Shown here: positions 1 through 9,531 of the stretch, piece after piece
Position numbering within the stretch: the first letter of the stretch is position 1
How the letters are laid out: every line of letters starts with the position of its first letter
Assembly: GCA_016188455.1 (NCBI GenBank)
Contig: JACPHR010000007.1
Span: forward strand, 1-56,046
Direction: 5' to 3'
From: Candidatus Tayloriibacteriota bacterium
GTDB lineage: Bacteria > Patescibacteriota > Minisyncoccia > Phycocordibacterales > SIBU01
DNA: 56,046 nt
Position numbers and translations under genes: made by a program
Notes under the pieces: generated by a model
What the model was told of the DNA's origin: nothing
Database searches by the model: none
What the model saw: only the letters and a program-made list of their open reading frames with translations

Positions 1-250
1 ATCGCCGCGTGAGAAGTGATGCCGCCTTCGTCCGTGATGAAGGCGGCGGCCCTCTTCATCGTCGGTACCATATTGGGCGTAGTCATGCTTGTTACTAAAA
101 TATCACCCGGTTTTACTTTTTCCAAATCCTCTTTTTTAAAAATAAGCCGTGCTTGCCCCCGCACTTTTCCGCGGCAGGCGGTTGTTCCGCGAAGTTCGGA
201 AACATCAGTCGTATCAATTTTGAAAAATTCTCGAATCTTCTCGCTCTCCA
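1..250 (-). CDS. PEP-utilising enzyme mobile-domain protein, partial (runs off the left edge; 5' boundary uncertain)
   Basis: Manual minus-strand translation gives ...ELRGTTACRGKVRGQARLI...GDILVTSMTTPNMVPTMKRAAAFITDEGGITSHAA, the phospho-His swivel motif GG.TSHAA. Confidence 0.75.
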
Positions 251-393
251 CTCCCGAAGCGCAAGGCATCACCGACGGCGAGGGAATCCAAAAAATTCTG
301 GACGCCAAGGAGTTGGTCGGTAATGGTTTTCGGGTCTTCAAAGTCACAAACAGTGCCATTAAGTTGTTGGGGTAGAAATATTGCCAACAGCGC

Positions 394-428
394 CCGCCCC
401 GATGCAACATCGGGGCGGTTTTTTATTT
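394..428 (+). terminator. Palindromic REP-like hairpin followed by a T-run (likely terminator)
   Basis: ccgccccgatg-caa-catcggggcgg followed by a T-rich tract. Confidence 0.55.
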
Positions 429-520
429 TCTGGAGAACACTTAAAACGTCACGTAACACAACTCAAGCTATCGCTTTAGTTGTGTTACATGCCCTTGCGT
501 ACGCCGTTTTAAAATTTTAG

Positions 521-1978
521 TTACTTCTCAATGTCAATTCGCCTTTCGGGCATCGTGCCTTTGGCGTATTTCAGAAGCGGCGCGGCGGCTTTGCGCCACG
601 CCGCCAGAATCGGCATAACGATTTTCCACTCCGCGACGACTTCGTCGGTAGAAGTGAAAAGCGTCTGGTCTCCTTTGATAGCGTCAAGCAAAACTTTCTC
701 GTAAGCTTCGTTTTTTGTTTCGCCAACCGCGCCACCATAGGTTGAAAAAGGAATTTCGGCAGGATTTCCGGAATGGCGCATGATTGAAATTTCTTCTTTC
801 GGCTGGATTTTGAATTTTACCGCCGCCGCCAAAACACGCTCGCCTGAAATTGTAACCTCTATCGGTTTCTTAAAATAAACCTCAATGGCCGCGTAAGACT
901 GCGGCAAACCCTTGCCGCTCTCAAGGATAAAGCCGACGCCGCGCCAGCGCGGCGTCGCCAGACCGAGCTCTATTTTGAAATAAGTTTCGGTAGTTGAACT
1001 CGGACTGACCCCGGGCTCTGTCTTGTACCCTTGATATTGGGCGCGCGCCGCGTCCTTTGCTAATTTAAATTTCTTGAGAATCGCGGCTCGTTTAGCCCGC
1101 ACCGCGGCCGCTGAAAAATCTTCGGGCTTTTCCATCGCCACCAGCGCCGCCATCTGCAGGGCGTGATTTTGGCCGACATCGCGCAAAGCCCCAAGGGCGT
1201 CGTAAAACGCGCCGCGGCCGTTAATGCCTTCTTTTTCAAAAAGTTTGATTGCAATTTTTTCAATATGCTCCCGATTCCAAAACGGCTCAAAAGCGCCGTC
1301 GGAAAATCGGAATTTTAGAATATGCTGTAAGGTTTCCTTGGCCAGGTAATGGTCAATCCGAAAAATTTGGGTTTCGGAAAAAAGCTCGCCGAGCAAACGG
1401 TCAAGTTTTTCGGCGTTTTTGAGGTCACTGCCAAACGGTTTTTCAATCAGAATACGGGTCCACCCTGTTAGACGTCCGTCATAAAATGCCGGCCGTCCCG
1501 ATGCCGCATCGGGACGGACTTCTAACGGGGTCCACCCTTCTCCAACCTCAACCGGCGCGCAGGGAATGGCGAGGCCAGATGTAGAAATATGATCCAATAT
1601 GCCTTCATAGGATACAGGCGGTGTAGCCAGATAAAAAAGTTTGTTCATGCACACGCCGGCTTCGGCATCAAGCCTCCCTAGGACCTCGGCCACTTTTTGG
1701 TAACTATCCGAACTGCCCAAATCACCTTCAATATAAAGAAAATGCTCAAGAAACTTTTTTAACGTCTCGGACGGCAAATTTGGCGATTTTTCCAAAAGTG
1801 TATCGCTTAAAAACTGCCGAAACTGGTCATCGCCCCACGGCCTGCGGGAAAAAGCCGCCACCCGAAAAACTTCAGGCGTTTGCCCTTTAGCGAAAAGCTT
1901 GTAAAGCGCCGGGGCCAGTTTTTTTCGGAACAAATCACCCGTGGCCCCAAAAATGACGACGGCTGTGGGATTAGTCAT
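521..1978 (-). CDS. zwf: Glucose-6-phosphate 1-dehydrogenase
   Basis: VIFGATGDL, EKPFG, RIDHYLAKE and GALRDVGQNH motifs. Likely start MTNPTAVV at 1978. Carries an in-frame palindromic insertion at about 1457-1537. Confidence 0.95.
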   Translation of the reverse strand: MTNPTAVVIFGATGDLFRKKLAPALYKLFAKGQTPEVFRVAAFSRRPWGDDQFRQFLSDTLLEKSPNLPSETLKKFLEHFLYIEGDLGSSDSYQKVAEVLGRLDAEAGVCMNKLFYLATPPVSYEGILDHISTSGLAIPCAPVEVGEGWTPLEVRPDAASGRPAFYDGRLTGWTRILIEKPFGSDLKNAEKLDRLLGELFSETQIFRIDHYLAKETLQHILKFRFSDGAFEPFWNREHIEKIAIKLFEKEGINGRGAFYDALGALRDVGQNHALQMAALVAMEKPEDFSAAAVRAKRAAILKKFKLAKDAARAQYQGYKTEPGVSPSSTTETYFKIELGLATPRWRGVGFILESGKGLPQSYAAIEVYFKKPIEVTISGERVLAAAVKFKIQPKEEISIMRHSGNPAEIPFSTYGGAVGETKNEAYEKVLLDAIKGDQTLFTSTDEVVAEWKIVMPILAAWRKAAAPLLKYAKGTMPERRIDIEK

Positions 1979-2114
1979 AAAGAAATTTCTTAACATTATA
2001 CAATGGTTTCCGCTCACCGCCGAAAGAAGGACTCGTATAAACCGTTTGACACCGAAAATTTTATACTGTAGAGTAACAACAGACAAAAAAGCAGAACGGC
2101 TACGGAGGTGCAAA

Positions 2115-2918
2115 GTGAACACTACAATAGCGATATTCCGCCACGGCCATACGGACTACCGACAGGGCAACAGGTCCGTCTCAATTGAGATGGCGAACGA
2201 CCTGTCAATGCCTTCGGCGGATGGCGAGCCGCCCGAGCACTCATTCCTGAACGCCGTAAATGACCTGAAAAATAAGGCCAAGGCATTATCTTACTATATC
2301 AACCCCGGTAAGAGAACCGTCATCCACTCGTCAGGAACGGGACGCACCCTTAGCACGGCGAAAATCATTCAGCTGGAACTGGCGAGTGAGGGACTAGCAT
2401 TCGAGAGGCACGATGGTCCTTGGGCGATTCACCACGAGCCTCTATTGGATGAAGTCGGCTGCTTTGACTGGAAGCTGTTCCTGGCTCTGGTCAACGGCGG
2501 CTACACGGAGTTTGGAGACGATATGTGGGTCATTGACCCTCAAGACTCCAACCCGAAAGGCCTCGGCGCCGACGACTACTTCTACTTTGATTGCTTGCAC
2601 AAACTGCCAGGGGCCGTCCTCAAAAAATGGCCGGAGGGTTTCGCCAGTCGCGTCAAATCTTTTGAGACGTCGGCGCACTGCCTTGAGCGTCTCAAGGAGG
2701 CGATCAGAAACGCCGCGCGACAGCCGGAGCGCCAGTGGATTTTCGTGACTCACGGGGGGTTAGCGGCTTTTCCCGTCAGGGTCTTTACCAACCATCAAGT
2801 GAAGGAACTGGAGCGCGGGTCGTGGGCGCTCCTTGACGCCACAGATGGCAAAGCGACCATCCGCCGATTGTGTGAACAGCCGTTCGGCAACAAGGAAGCA
2901 AACCTGCTTGAACTTTAG
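2115..2918 (+). CDS. Histidine phosphatase family protein
   Basis: IFRHG and VTHGG motifs. GTG start at 2115 preceded by GGAGG. Confidence 0.75.
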   Translation: MNTTIAIFRHGHTDYRQGNRSVSIEMANDLSMPSADGEPPEHSFLNAVNDLKNKAKALSYYINPGKRTVIHSSGTGRTLSTAKIIQLELASEGLAFERHDGPWAIHHEPLLDEVGCFDWKLFLALVNGGYTEFGDDMWVIDPQDSNPKGLGADDYFYFDCLHKLPGAVLKKWPEGFASRVKSFETSAHCLERLKEAIRNAARQPERQWIFVTHGGLAAFPVRVFTNHQVKELERGSWALLDATDGKATIRRLCEQPFGNKEANLLEL

Positions 2919-2959
2919 CAAAGTTTGCCTCAAAGCGGCCCGGACAACTGGCCGCTTTT

Positions 2960-4012
2960 TTATTGCCAGCCGAAAACCTGACGCTTTAGAATTTTTTTAA
3001 CCGCCGCAAAGAAGCTTTGCTCGGCGGCGGCCTCATTGTCTGGATGAAAGCCCGGATTACAGTAAAGAAGCGCCAGCAAGCCGAGGGGCAAGCAAAGAGT
3101 TTGTCTGATTTCCTTGTCACCCGCCTTAGCCGCGTAGCTTTCAATAAATAATTCTCCCAGTTTCTTAAAATAAGAATTGCCCGTGCTGTGATAAAACCAA
3201 AGGTACTGGGCGACAAAATAGCCGACGTCAATGCCCGGTTCGCCGTAAGGAATGCGGGAAAAATCAATGACCGAAACCTTGCCCTTGGGCTGGCAAAAAA
3301 TATTGGCGCCCCAAAAATCGCCGTGCAGCGGCCGCAAGCGGTCCGCGCGACCTTGCCAACGGTAGATAAGGTCAAGAATCAAACCGATATAATCGGCGTG
3401 CGAGGAGCGTGGTAATAATGGATGCTTGTCGCCGAAATCGGCTAGAAACAAAAAAAAGTAGCCGGGGTAGGCGAGGAGCGACTGCAGGCTGTCGTTATAA
3501 AGAGTTTTTAGAGCGGCGGCGGAAAAGTCGGGGCGCGGACCGGCGTGAATGCGGACAAGAAGGTCAGCAATGGCTTTAATTTCTTTTTTGTCTTTTTCAT
3601 CCGGCGTTTTTTTGGCTTTTCTGCCGGCAAGCGATGCCCAGTAACTGTCGCCCAAATCATCGGCAAACTTTTGTAAATGATAGAGGGAAGCGCGCTCGTC
3701 AAGGTCAGGCAAAATAATCGTCTCGCCTTCTCGCCCGACCATCACGCCGATAGGCTCCGGCGAAAGAGCCGCTCTTTTGGCCATGCCGTGGCTGACCGCG
3801 TAAGAAAACAGATGCCGCTCCGCAATCTCAAAACCGGCCTCACCGTCGCGCTTCATCTTCTTCAGAAAAAACCGCTCGCCGCCTTGGGCGGTCAGCTGAA
3901 AGGCCTCCGACTGAAAACCGCCCTTCATCGCCTTGGCGCTCACAAAGAGAATGGGTCGGCCCAAACGTTTTGAAACAGCCTCGGAGAGTTTTTTCAATTC
4001 ATGGCTTTCCAT
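2960..4012 (-). CDS. Aminoglycoside/choline phosphotransferase (APH-like kinase) family protein
   Basis: LHGDFWGANI and VIDFS kinase motifs. Confidence 0.8.
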   Translation of the reverse strand: MESHELKKLSEAVSKRLGRPILFVSAKAMKGGFQSEAFQLTAQGGERFFLKKMKRDGEAGFEIAERHLFSYAVSHGMAKRAALSPEPIGVMVGREGETIILPDLDERASLYHLQKFADDLGDSYWASLAGRKAKKTPDEKDKKEIKAIADLLVRIHAGPRPDFSAAALKTLYNDSLQSLLAYPGYFFLFLADFGDKHPLLPRSSHADYIGLILDLIYRWQGRADRLRPLHGDFWGANIFCQPKGKVSVIDFSRIPYGEPGIDVGYFVAQYLWFYHSTGNSYFKKLGELFIESYAAKAGDKEIRQTLCLPLGLLALLYCNPGFHPDNEAAAEQSFFAAVKKILKRQVFGWQ

Positions 4013-4235
4013 CTTTCAAACAAGATTACCCTTTTTGTAAAATTTTCACAACTCCGATATCAGCATCCACCCCAGTAGCAGATCCGCCAGCTGGCAGATC
4101 GCTACGGGGCAGGCTTCCACCACATCCCCGTCCTTTACTCCAGAGGAGGGCCCTCCTTTGGAGGACAAACTTCTGTGGCAATTTTGGTGCCGATGATGCG
4201 AAATTATCCATCAAACGAAAACTGTCATTGTGATG

Positions 4236-4925
4236 TCAATCAAGCCCCAAAAGTTCGCGGGCGATTTTTTTAGTTTCTTCTTGAAAGAATTTTTTGATAT
4301 TACCCCAACTGGCGTTAAAAAAAAGTGTGGGCATCGGGTCGTCTTCGGCATCAACAAAATACACCAAACTTTTAAGAATGTGATTTGGATTTTGTTTTAC
4401 GCGATAGTGCCGCTCTGCCCGCCGTATGCTCTCTTTAAGCGGTTGGATGTTTTTACTAATCCAGTACAAATCTACAAAATCGCGTTTTTTACCGCGCTGG
4501 CTAATCGCCGCGATTTTCATGGCGGCGATATCGGGAGGAGTTAAAATAGAAACCGAACCGATTTTGAGCACCGATTCCGCGGGATCAAAAAATGGGTAAG
4601 CAATCAGACTCATTTTCGCCCCCAACAATCTTCCGTAAACCGTTCCCCGGTCAAGCGAGTCTGTTTCCCATTTCCCAGTCGTACTTAATTGTTCCACTAT
4701 TTTCTTTTCGTCAAAAGATTTTTCCGGCGTAAAAAAATCCAGGTCAACGGATTGGCGATGACCGGCTTGGAGTGCCAGCGCCGTGCCACCCGCCAAATAC
4801 CATCCGCCCGACGAAAAAAACGGCGTTATAATACAACGTTTAAAAGCCTCACGCGCCACAGTGGGAAGCGCTTCAAGACGCAACTGTTCCAAAACGCCGG
4901 CATTTATGTGAGAAGAAGCGACCAT
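4236..4925 (-). CDS. AbiEii/AbiGii-type nucleotidyltransferase toxin
   Basis: YLAGGTALALQAGHRQSVDLDFF, MKIAAISQRG and RDFVDLY. Confidence 0.85.
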   Translation of the reverse strand: MVASSHINAGVLEQLRLEALPTVAREAFKRCIITPFFSSGGWYLAGGTALALQAGHRQSVDLDFFTPEKSFDEKKIVEQLSTTGKWETDSLDRGTVYGRLLGAKMSLIAYPFFDPAESVLKIGSVSILTPPDIAAMKIAAISQRGKKRDFVDLYWISKNIQPLKESIRRAERHYRVKQNPNHILKSLVYFVDAEDDPMPTLFFNASWGNIKKFFQEETKKIARELLGLD

Positions 4926-5167
4926 AAAGCTTTTGACTTATCGTGTACCTGACTTCGAGGTAATTCCATCACTCGCTTGATTTCGCTTTTCGGGTAATAC
5001 CGGAAAAGCCAACGCACCTCCTCCGTATTGCCAAAATCAAGAATGCGCTCGATGATGTACACCGCGTGCTTTTCGGGGTCTATGGTTTTCGGGTCCACGT
5101 CCCAAAAAAGCGACTGGCGAAAAACCATCACAGGCAGTTTTTTGGTCTGCTGTTTTTTAACTTTCAT
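4904..5167 (-). CDS. Small partner (putative antitoxin) of the AbiEii-type toxin, DUF6922-like
   Basis: SLFWDVD...YIIERILDFG; overlaps the toxin start. Confidence 0.7.
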   Translation of the reverse strand: MKVKKQQTKKLPVMVFRQSLFWDVDPKTIDPEKHAVYIIERILDFGNTEEVRWLFRYYPKSEIKRVMELPRSQVHDKSKALWSLLLT

Positions 5168-5186
5168 CGCTCTATACTAGCACATT

Positions 5187-5627
5187 TTATGTCTTTTTCC
5201 CAGCCGATTTTTCCACAAACTCTGCTATGTATTTCATATATTCTACATATTGCCCGATACCGCCTGAAATATCATCCATCACAAGTTTTCTTTGAATTTT
5301 CTCATATCCGTGCACTAAGCGATTGCGCAAGCCAACCGAACCTGAAATCTTTTCCGCAAGATCAACCGGCAGGACGCCGTGTTTGCCTAAAATACGAAAC
5401 GTTCCCTCATAATCATCCGACGGTTCAAGTTTAGCGCGAGTCATAATATGCGTATTGATATCAATCGCCGCATCGGCAATAAGTTGAAACAGCCGCTCCA
5501 CAATAAATATCTCCGGGTCATGAAGTTCCATCTTGCCCTGCCTATATTTTTCAAGATATGGCATAAGCTTGCGAAGATACAAACTCATTGCCGCCAGCTT
5601 GCTTTTAATCACATCCTCATTGGGCAT
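5187..5627 (-). CDS. HEPN (DUF86) ribonuclease toxin
   Basis: GLRNRLVHGY (R-X4-H motif); downstream of an MNT gene. Confidence 0.9.
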   Translation of the reverse strand: MPNEDVIKSKLAAMSLYLRKLMPYLEKYRQGKMELHDPEIFIVERLFQLIADAAIDINTHIMTRAKLEPSDDYEGTFRILGKHGVLPVDLAEKISGSVGLRNRLVHGYEKIQRKLVMDDISGGIGQYVEYMKYIAEFVEKSAGKKT

Positions 5628-6021
5628 AGCTTTTTAGAAAATTCTTTACATAACTATCCCGATAAACGCGAAGTGGTTTGGTCTCCATATAGAGGCGATT
5701 AGCATACATTGAAAACATGTCGAACGTACTGCTGTCCTCTTCAAACAAAACGATGCTCTGATCAGCCGCTTGTTTTTTGAGCTCGGGCGATACATTGCGC
5801 ATATTTACAAATTCCACGTCTGGATTTTTAAAAATACGAGCCAGTTCAAGAGCGATATTGTAGGATTCGCGGTAACCAATATCTCTTCGCGACAAATAAC
5901 CCACGTCCACATCGCTTTTTTTGTGCGTATGCCCAGTTGCTTGCGAGCCAAACAGCACCACGAGCCCAAGATCATGCTTTTTGGCCATTTCTGCTATTTT
6001 CTTTTTGTCCACTTCTATCAT
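5617..6021 (-). CDS. Minimal nucleotidyltransferase (MNT) antitoxin
   Basis: VLFGSQATG...SDVDVG; likely start MIEVDKK. Confidence 0.9.
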   Translation of the reverse strand: MIEVDKKKIAEMAKKHDLGLVVLFGSQATGHTHKKSDVDVGYLSRRDIGYRESYNIALELARIFKNPDVEFVNMRNVSPELKKQAADQSIVLFEEDSSTFDMFSMYANRLYMETKPLRVYRDSYVKNFLKSYAQ

Positions 6022-6049
6022 ACAAATACCATAACATAAAATGAACAAA

Positions 6050-7381
6050 TTAAGAAGCTTTTTTTATTATTTTCACAATACCTTTATCCGCGTCCACTTC
6101 CACCAAATCCTCGTCTTTTACCACTTGAGTAATGACTTTAATGCCGGTCACGCATGGGGTTTTGAGTTCACGGGCGACGATGGCAGCGTGGCAGGTGATA
6201 CCGCCGTCTTCGGTCACAATGGCCGCCGCTTTTTTCATGGCGGGCACGAGCGAAGGGAAGGTCGTATGGGATACCATAATGTCGCCTTGTTTCATTTTGC
6301 CCATTTCCTCGGGCTGATTGACGATTTTTACTATCCCTTTGGCATAGCCGCTACAAGCGCATGTGCCTTTGAATGTATCCTCGCTGCTTTTGACTTCTTC
6401 TTTTTTAATAGTTTTTGATTTAATGAATTTGTCGGCTTCCTCGCCTGTAAGAACGGAGAGTTTGTTGTTCTTACGAATCACAACCGCGTGGATTTTCCGC
6501 CTTTTAATTTCCGCTTTATCGGCTTTTCTGTTGTTAAGCAAAAGGTTTTCAATTTCCGTATGAAGTAGCATATGCGTTTCTTTGACACTTAGGCCAAGAC
6601 GCTTGCTTATTTCATTCATAATCTTATCCAGAACAAAAAAGGCGAAATAACAAGAATCTTTTCGGTATCCTTTGAGAAAAGTGATATCGGCCGCCAGTTC
6701 ATAGACTTTTTGCAAGTCTTTCGGAATCTTTAACTTTTTTATTAAATCCGCCTTTTGTTTTTTAATCTCCTTCGGCCGGTCAACAATCTTTTTGATTTCC
6801 TTTTTTGGGTCAATTCCCTCGCGAATCAGTCCCGACCATACCGACAAATAGTAATCAATTCCGTAAGCCGGACCTAAATAACCAAACGGCGTCCATCGCC
6901 ACTTTTCATAATGCTTTAATATCGCCTCTTTAAGGGAAGGCTTAAGATTGGCGGGAACTTTGGAATAATCTTTAAGTTCTTTAAATATGTCTCCGGCTTC
7001 TTTATCTTCCGATATTTTTTGAACTATTTCCAAAGATTCCAATTCCTCTTTTTGGCCAAAGCTTGTTTTTTCCGATGTGGTGAGAGCGGTAAATACTTCG
7101 GCGGGATTTAACTTTGAATTGTTTACAGAAATTAGAGCTTTGGCTTTTTCAAGAAGTGAATTAGCAAAAGTGCCGCCATAATTGTCCACATACCAAGTAC
7201 TGCCGAGCGAATGTTGGTGAGACTCTTCGTAGGCCGCAAGAACTTTAAGGTAAATGGCCGATAATTCCTTGTTTGTCGCCTTTTTTAAATCTTTCCTCAA
7301 ACTCTTCCTCGCCGCATTGAAACATTCGTCATTTAACTTATAAGACTCTTGATGATTTTTCAGTAGGGTTGTCCTTGCCAA
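6050..7381 (-). CDS. PEP-utilising enzyme, C-terminal part with mobile His domain (second half of a split ppsA-like gene)
   Basis: C-terminal TEDGGITCHAAIVARELKTPCV. Overlaps the upstream PPDK_N ORF out of frame. Confidence 0.8.
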   Translation of the reverse strand: MARTTLLKNHQESYKLNDECFNAARKSLRKDLKKATNKELSAIYLKVLAAYEESHQHSLGSTWYVDNYGGTFANSLLEKAKALISVNNSKLNPAEVFTALTTSEKTSFGQKEELESLEIVQKISEDKEAGDIFKELKDYSKVPANLKPSLKEAILKHYEKWRWTPFGYLGPAYGIDYYLSVWSGLIREGIDPKKEIKKIVDRPKEIKKQKADLIKKLKIPKDLQKVYELAADITFLKGYRKDSCYFAFFVLDKIMNEISKRLGLSVKETHMLLHTEIENLLLNNRKADKAEIKRRKIHAVVIRKNNKLSVLTGEEADKFIKSKTIKKEEVKSSEDTFKGTCACSGYAKGIVKIVNQPEEMGKMKQGDIMVSHTTFPSLVPAMKKAAAIVTEDGGITCHAAIVARELKTPCVTGIKVITQVVKDEDLVEVDADKGIVKIIKKAS

Positions 7382-8594
7382 AGAGGGTTTTCTGGAACTG
7401 CCACATGCCGAAATTTAAGAATTGAGAAACAAGATTATAACCGCAGTCAGCGGAAAAATTTTCAATCCAAACTTCCCCTTCGACGGCAGATTTGGCGGAT
7501 CCTCCTAAAATATTCTTAAGCGTGGTAATCGGGCGGGATTGGGTAATATAGAATTTTCCTGACGCAAAAGCCCACTCAATGTCGCAGGGAAAACCGTAGT
7601 GGTTTTCAATTTTTAAAATCAGTTCGGCCAGCGAAAAAATTTGGTCGTCGGAAAGTTTTTGCGCCGCGCCTTTCTCTTTTGAAATATAGGCAAAACTATT
7701 TCGCGACCCGCTCTCCTCCATTTTTAACATCCCTATATTCTCAAGTTTGTAAGGATGTTTTCTTTGTGTTGTAAAATTGGCCCGGAACAAACCGCGTTCC
7801 TGCTCCGAAACATTTTTATCAATGATTCGGCGCGGCGACTTTTCAACAACATAACTGTCGGGCGTGATTTGCCCCGAGACAATCGCCTCTCCAAGCCCGA
7901 ACCCTGCCTCAATGATGAGCTGGTTTCTGTCTTCGGTTACCGGATGAACGGAAAAAGCGATGCCGGAAATTTCACTCTCAACCATTTTTTGCACCACTCT
8001 GTCTTCGGTTACCGGATGAACGGAAAAAGCGATGCCGGAAATTTCACTCTCAACCATTTTTTGCACCACCACCGCCACCGAAATTTTGGTCTTGTGCAAA
8101 TCTTTTTCAAATCTGTAGAAGATGGCGCGGGGCGTGAAAAGCGACGCCCAACAGCGCTGAACATTTTTCAAAAGCTCCGCTTCCGTGGTATTTAGATATG
8201 TATCAAGTTGCCCCGCCCAAGCCGCCGAGCTTGAGTCTTCCGCCGTAGCGGACGAGCGCACCGCCACAAACTTAGCACCCAACTTTTTGAAATGTTTTTT
8301 GATTTCCGCTCCGATGTCCTTCGGCATCTCCGCCGTCAGAATGAGCGCCTGAATTTTTTCCGAAGCGGCGTCTACCGTGTGAATTTCCTGGTGGTTAACT
8401 GCGTGAAGCACGGTGTCAATTTCAACATTAAGGTCGGTCTCTTCCAAAAACTTTTCAAACGCCGAAGCAAGCAGGACAAACCCCGGCGGCACCGAAATAC
8501 CGGCTTGGGTCATCTCGCCAAGTGATGCCCCTTTGCCGCCGGCCAGCGCCGCGTCGTTTTTGTTTATAGCCTTAAAATCGCGGAGCAGTTCCAT
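7338..8594 (-). CDS. PEP synthase/pyruvate-phosphate dikinase N-terminal ATP-grasp domain
   Basis: GGKGASLGEM, VAVRSSATAED, EAGFGLGEAIVSG, DIEWA and QSRPIT. Contains a 72-bp tandem duplication. Confidence 0.9.
   Translation of the reverse strand: MELLRDFKAINKNDAALAGGKGASLGEMTQAGISVPPGFVLLASAFEKFLEETDLNVEIDTVLHAVNHQEIHTVDAASEKIQALILTAEMPKDIGAEIKKHFKKLGAKFVAVRSSATAEDSSSAAWAGQLDTYLNTTEAELLKNVQRCWASLFTPRAIFYRFEKDLHKTKISVAVVVQKMVESEISGIAFSVHPVTEDRVVQKMVESEISGIAFSVHPVTEDRNQLIIEAGFGLGEAIVSGQITPDSYVVEKSPRRIIDKNVSEQERGLFRANFTTQRKHPYKLENIGMLKMEESGSRNSFAYISKEKGAAQKLSDDQIFSLAELILKIENHYGFPCDIEWAFASGKFYITQSRPITTLKNILGGSAKSAVEGEVWIENFSADCGYNLVSQFLNFGMWQFQKTLFGKDNPTEKSSRVL
7926..8069. repeat. Perfect 72-bp tandem duplication inside the ppsA-like gene
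   Basis: 7926-7997 is identical to 7998-8069; encodes VVQKMVESEISGIAFSVHPVTEDR twice. Confidence 0.95.
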
Positions 8595-8672
8595 GGCATA
8601 TACCGTAGCATATTTCCTTTGTTTTTTCTACCGTCCTTTCTACTGCTGGTCTATCTCTGGATTTATCCTCCT

Positions 8673-8716
8673 CCCACACATCAACTTTACACTACAGTGT
8701 ATAATTGATGTGTGGG
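8673..8716. promoter_or_regulatory. Palindromic operator-like site containing the -10 box of the PaaX/Cas2-like gene
   Basis: cccacacatcaa...cactacagtg...ttgatgtgtggg. TATAAT at 8700-8705 ends 6 nt before GTG 8712. Confidence 0.7.
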
Positions 8717-9290
8717 GAAAATGGAACAAGAATCGCGCAGAAAGACAAAACGGGCAAATATCCAAAAGATAATCCTGCAAACAGTCGCCGGGGTTGGCTT
8801 GCTCAGTGTGGCGCTCTTTGCGCCCAATGTGCTCTCCGCCCTGCAAAAGTTGGGGTTTATGCCTCACGGGCGGCAGAAAGACGTCATACGCGACTCGCGG
8901 CGAAAACTGGTGAAATTAGGCTATCTTGAATACACGCCGAGTAAATTACTGCGACTCACTCTAAAAGGGGAAGCGAGACTCCGACAGTTTTCGATTCATG
9001 AGTATCGTTTCAAAAAACCGAAACGGTGGGACAAAAAATGGCGCGTCCTGATTTTTGACATTCGGGAAGAAAGGCGTCCGACACGGGATAAAATCCGCCG
9101 CACACTCGCGGCTATCGGCTTCGTCCGGCTTCAAGATAGCGTATGGGTGTATCCCTACGACTGCGAAGATTTGATAAACCTGCTTAAAGCCGATTTTTAT
9201 ATCGGCAAAGACATGCTGTACATGATTGTTGAGTCTCTTGAATATGATACCCGGCTTCGGCAAGCTTTTGGCCTACGTTTGGATTCGTAA
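8712..9290 (+). CDS. PaaX-like regulator with Cas2-like C-terminal domain, paralog 1
   Basis: Winged-helix-like LRLTLKG, then WDKKWRVLIFDIRE...GFVRLQDSVWVYPY. Confidence 0.8.
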   Translation: MGKMEQESRRKTKRANIQKIILQTVAGVGLLSVALFAPNVLSALQKLGFMPHGRQKDVIRDSRRKLVKLGYLEYTPSKLLRLTLKGEARLRQFSIHEYRFKKPKRWDKKWRVLIFDIREERRPTRDKIRRTLAAIGFVRLQDSVWVYPYDCEDLINLLKADFYIGKDMLYMIVESLEYDTRLRQAFGLRLDS

Positions 9291-9356
9291 AAACGTCATG
9301 CTGCTTGCCACATTTGTTCCAGCTAGTCATTATTTGTTACAGCCAGTCATCGGCTC

Positions 9357-9394
9357 ACACATCAATTTTGCACTATAGTGAAAAATTGATGTGT
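9357..9394. repeat. Second copy of the palindrome, downstream of PaaX-like paralog 1
   Basis: acacatcaatttt-g-cactatagtg-a-aaaattgatgtgt. Confidence 0.85.
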
Positions 9395-9404
9395 TGTCTG
9401 CCAC

Positions 9405-9490
9405 AGAGAAACTGCCACCTACTGCCGGTAGAGAAACTACTACCTACTGCTACCCATAGAGAAACTATTACTCATAGAGAAACTACTACC
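9405..9490. repeat. Degenerate tandem repeat (agagaaact... x4)
   Basis: Four agagaaact copies followed by (c/t)tac/tacc-rich spacers. Confidence 0.7.
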
Positions 9491-9531
9491 GTTGGCACAA
9501 CCACAAAAGATTCTTATACCGCTGCTCGTAT

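Noticed and set aside
16-375. Plus-strand 119-aa ORF as a gene
   Set aside because: Its first two thirds are antisense to the PEP-utiliser domain. The last part looks protein-like and precedes a terminator, so a rearranged or chimeric junction near 250 is possible but cannot be resolved.
8712-9290. Cas2-like proteins (also 46479-47048) as evidence of CRISPR-Cas
   Set aside because: No cas1 or other cas genes and no repeat-spacer array in the window; the proteins fit stand-alone PaaX-like regulators.
9405-9490. agagaaact repeats as a mini-CRISPR next to the Cas2-like gene
   Set aside because: The unit is too short and the spacers are low-complexity and similar to each other.
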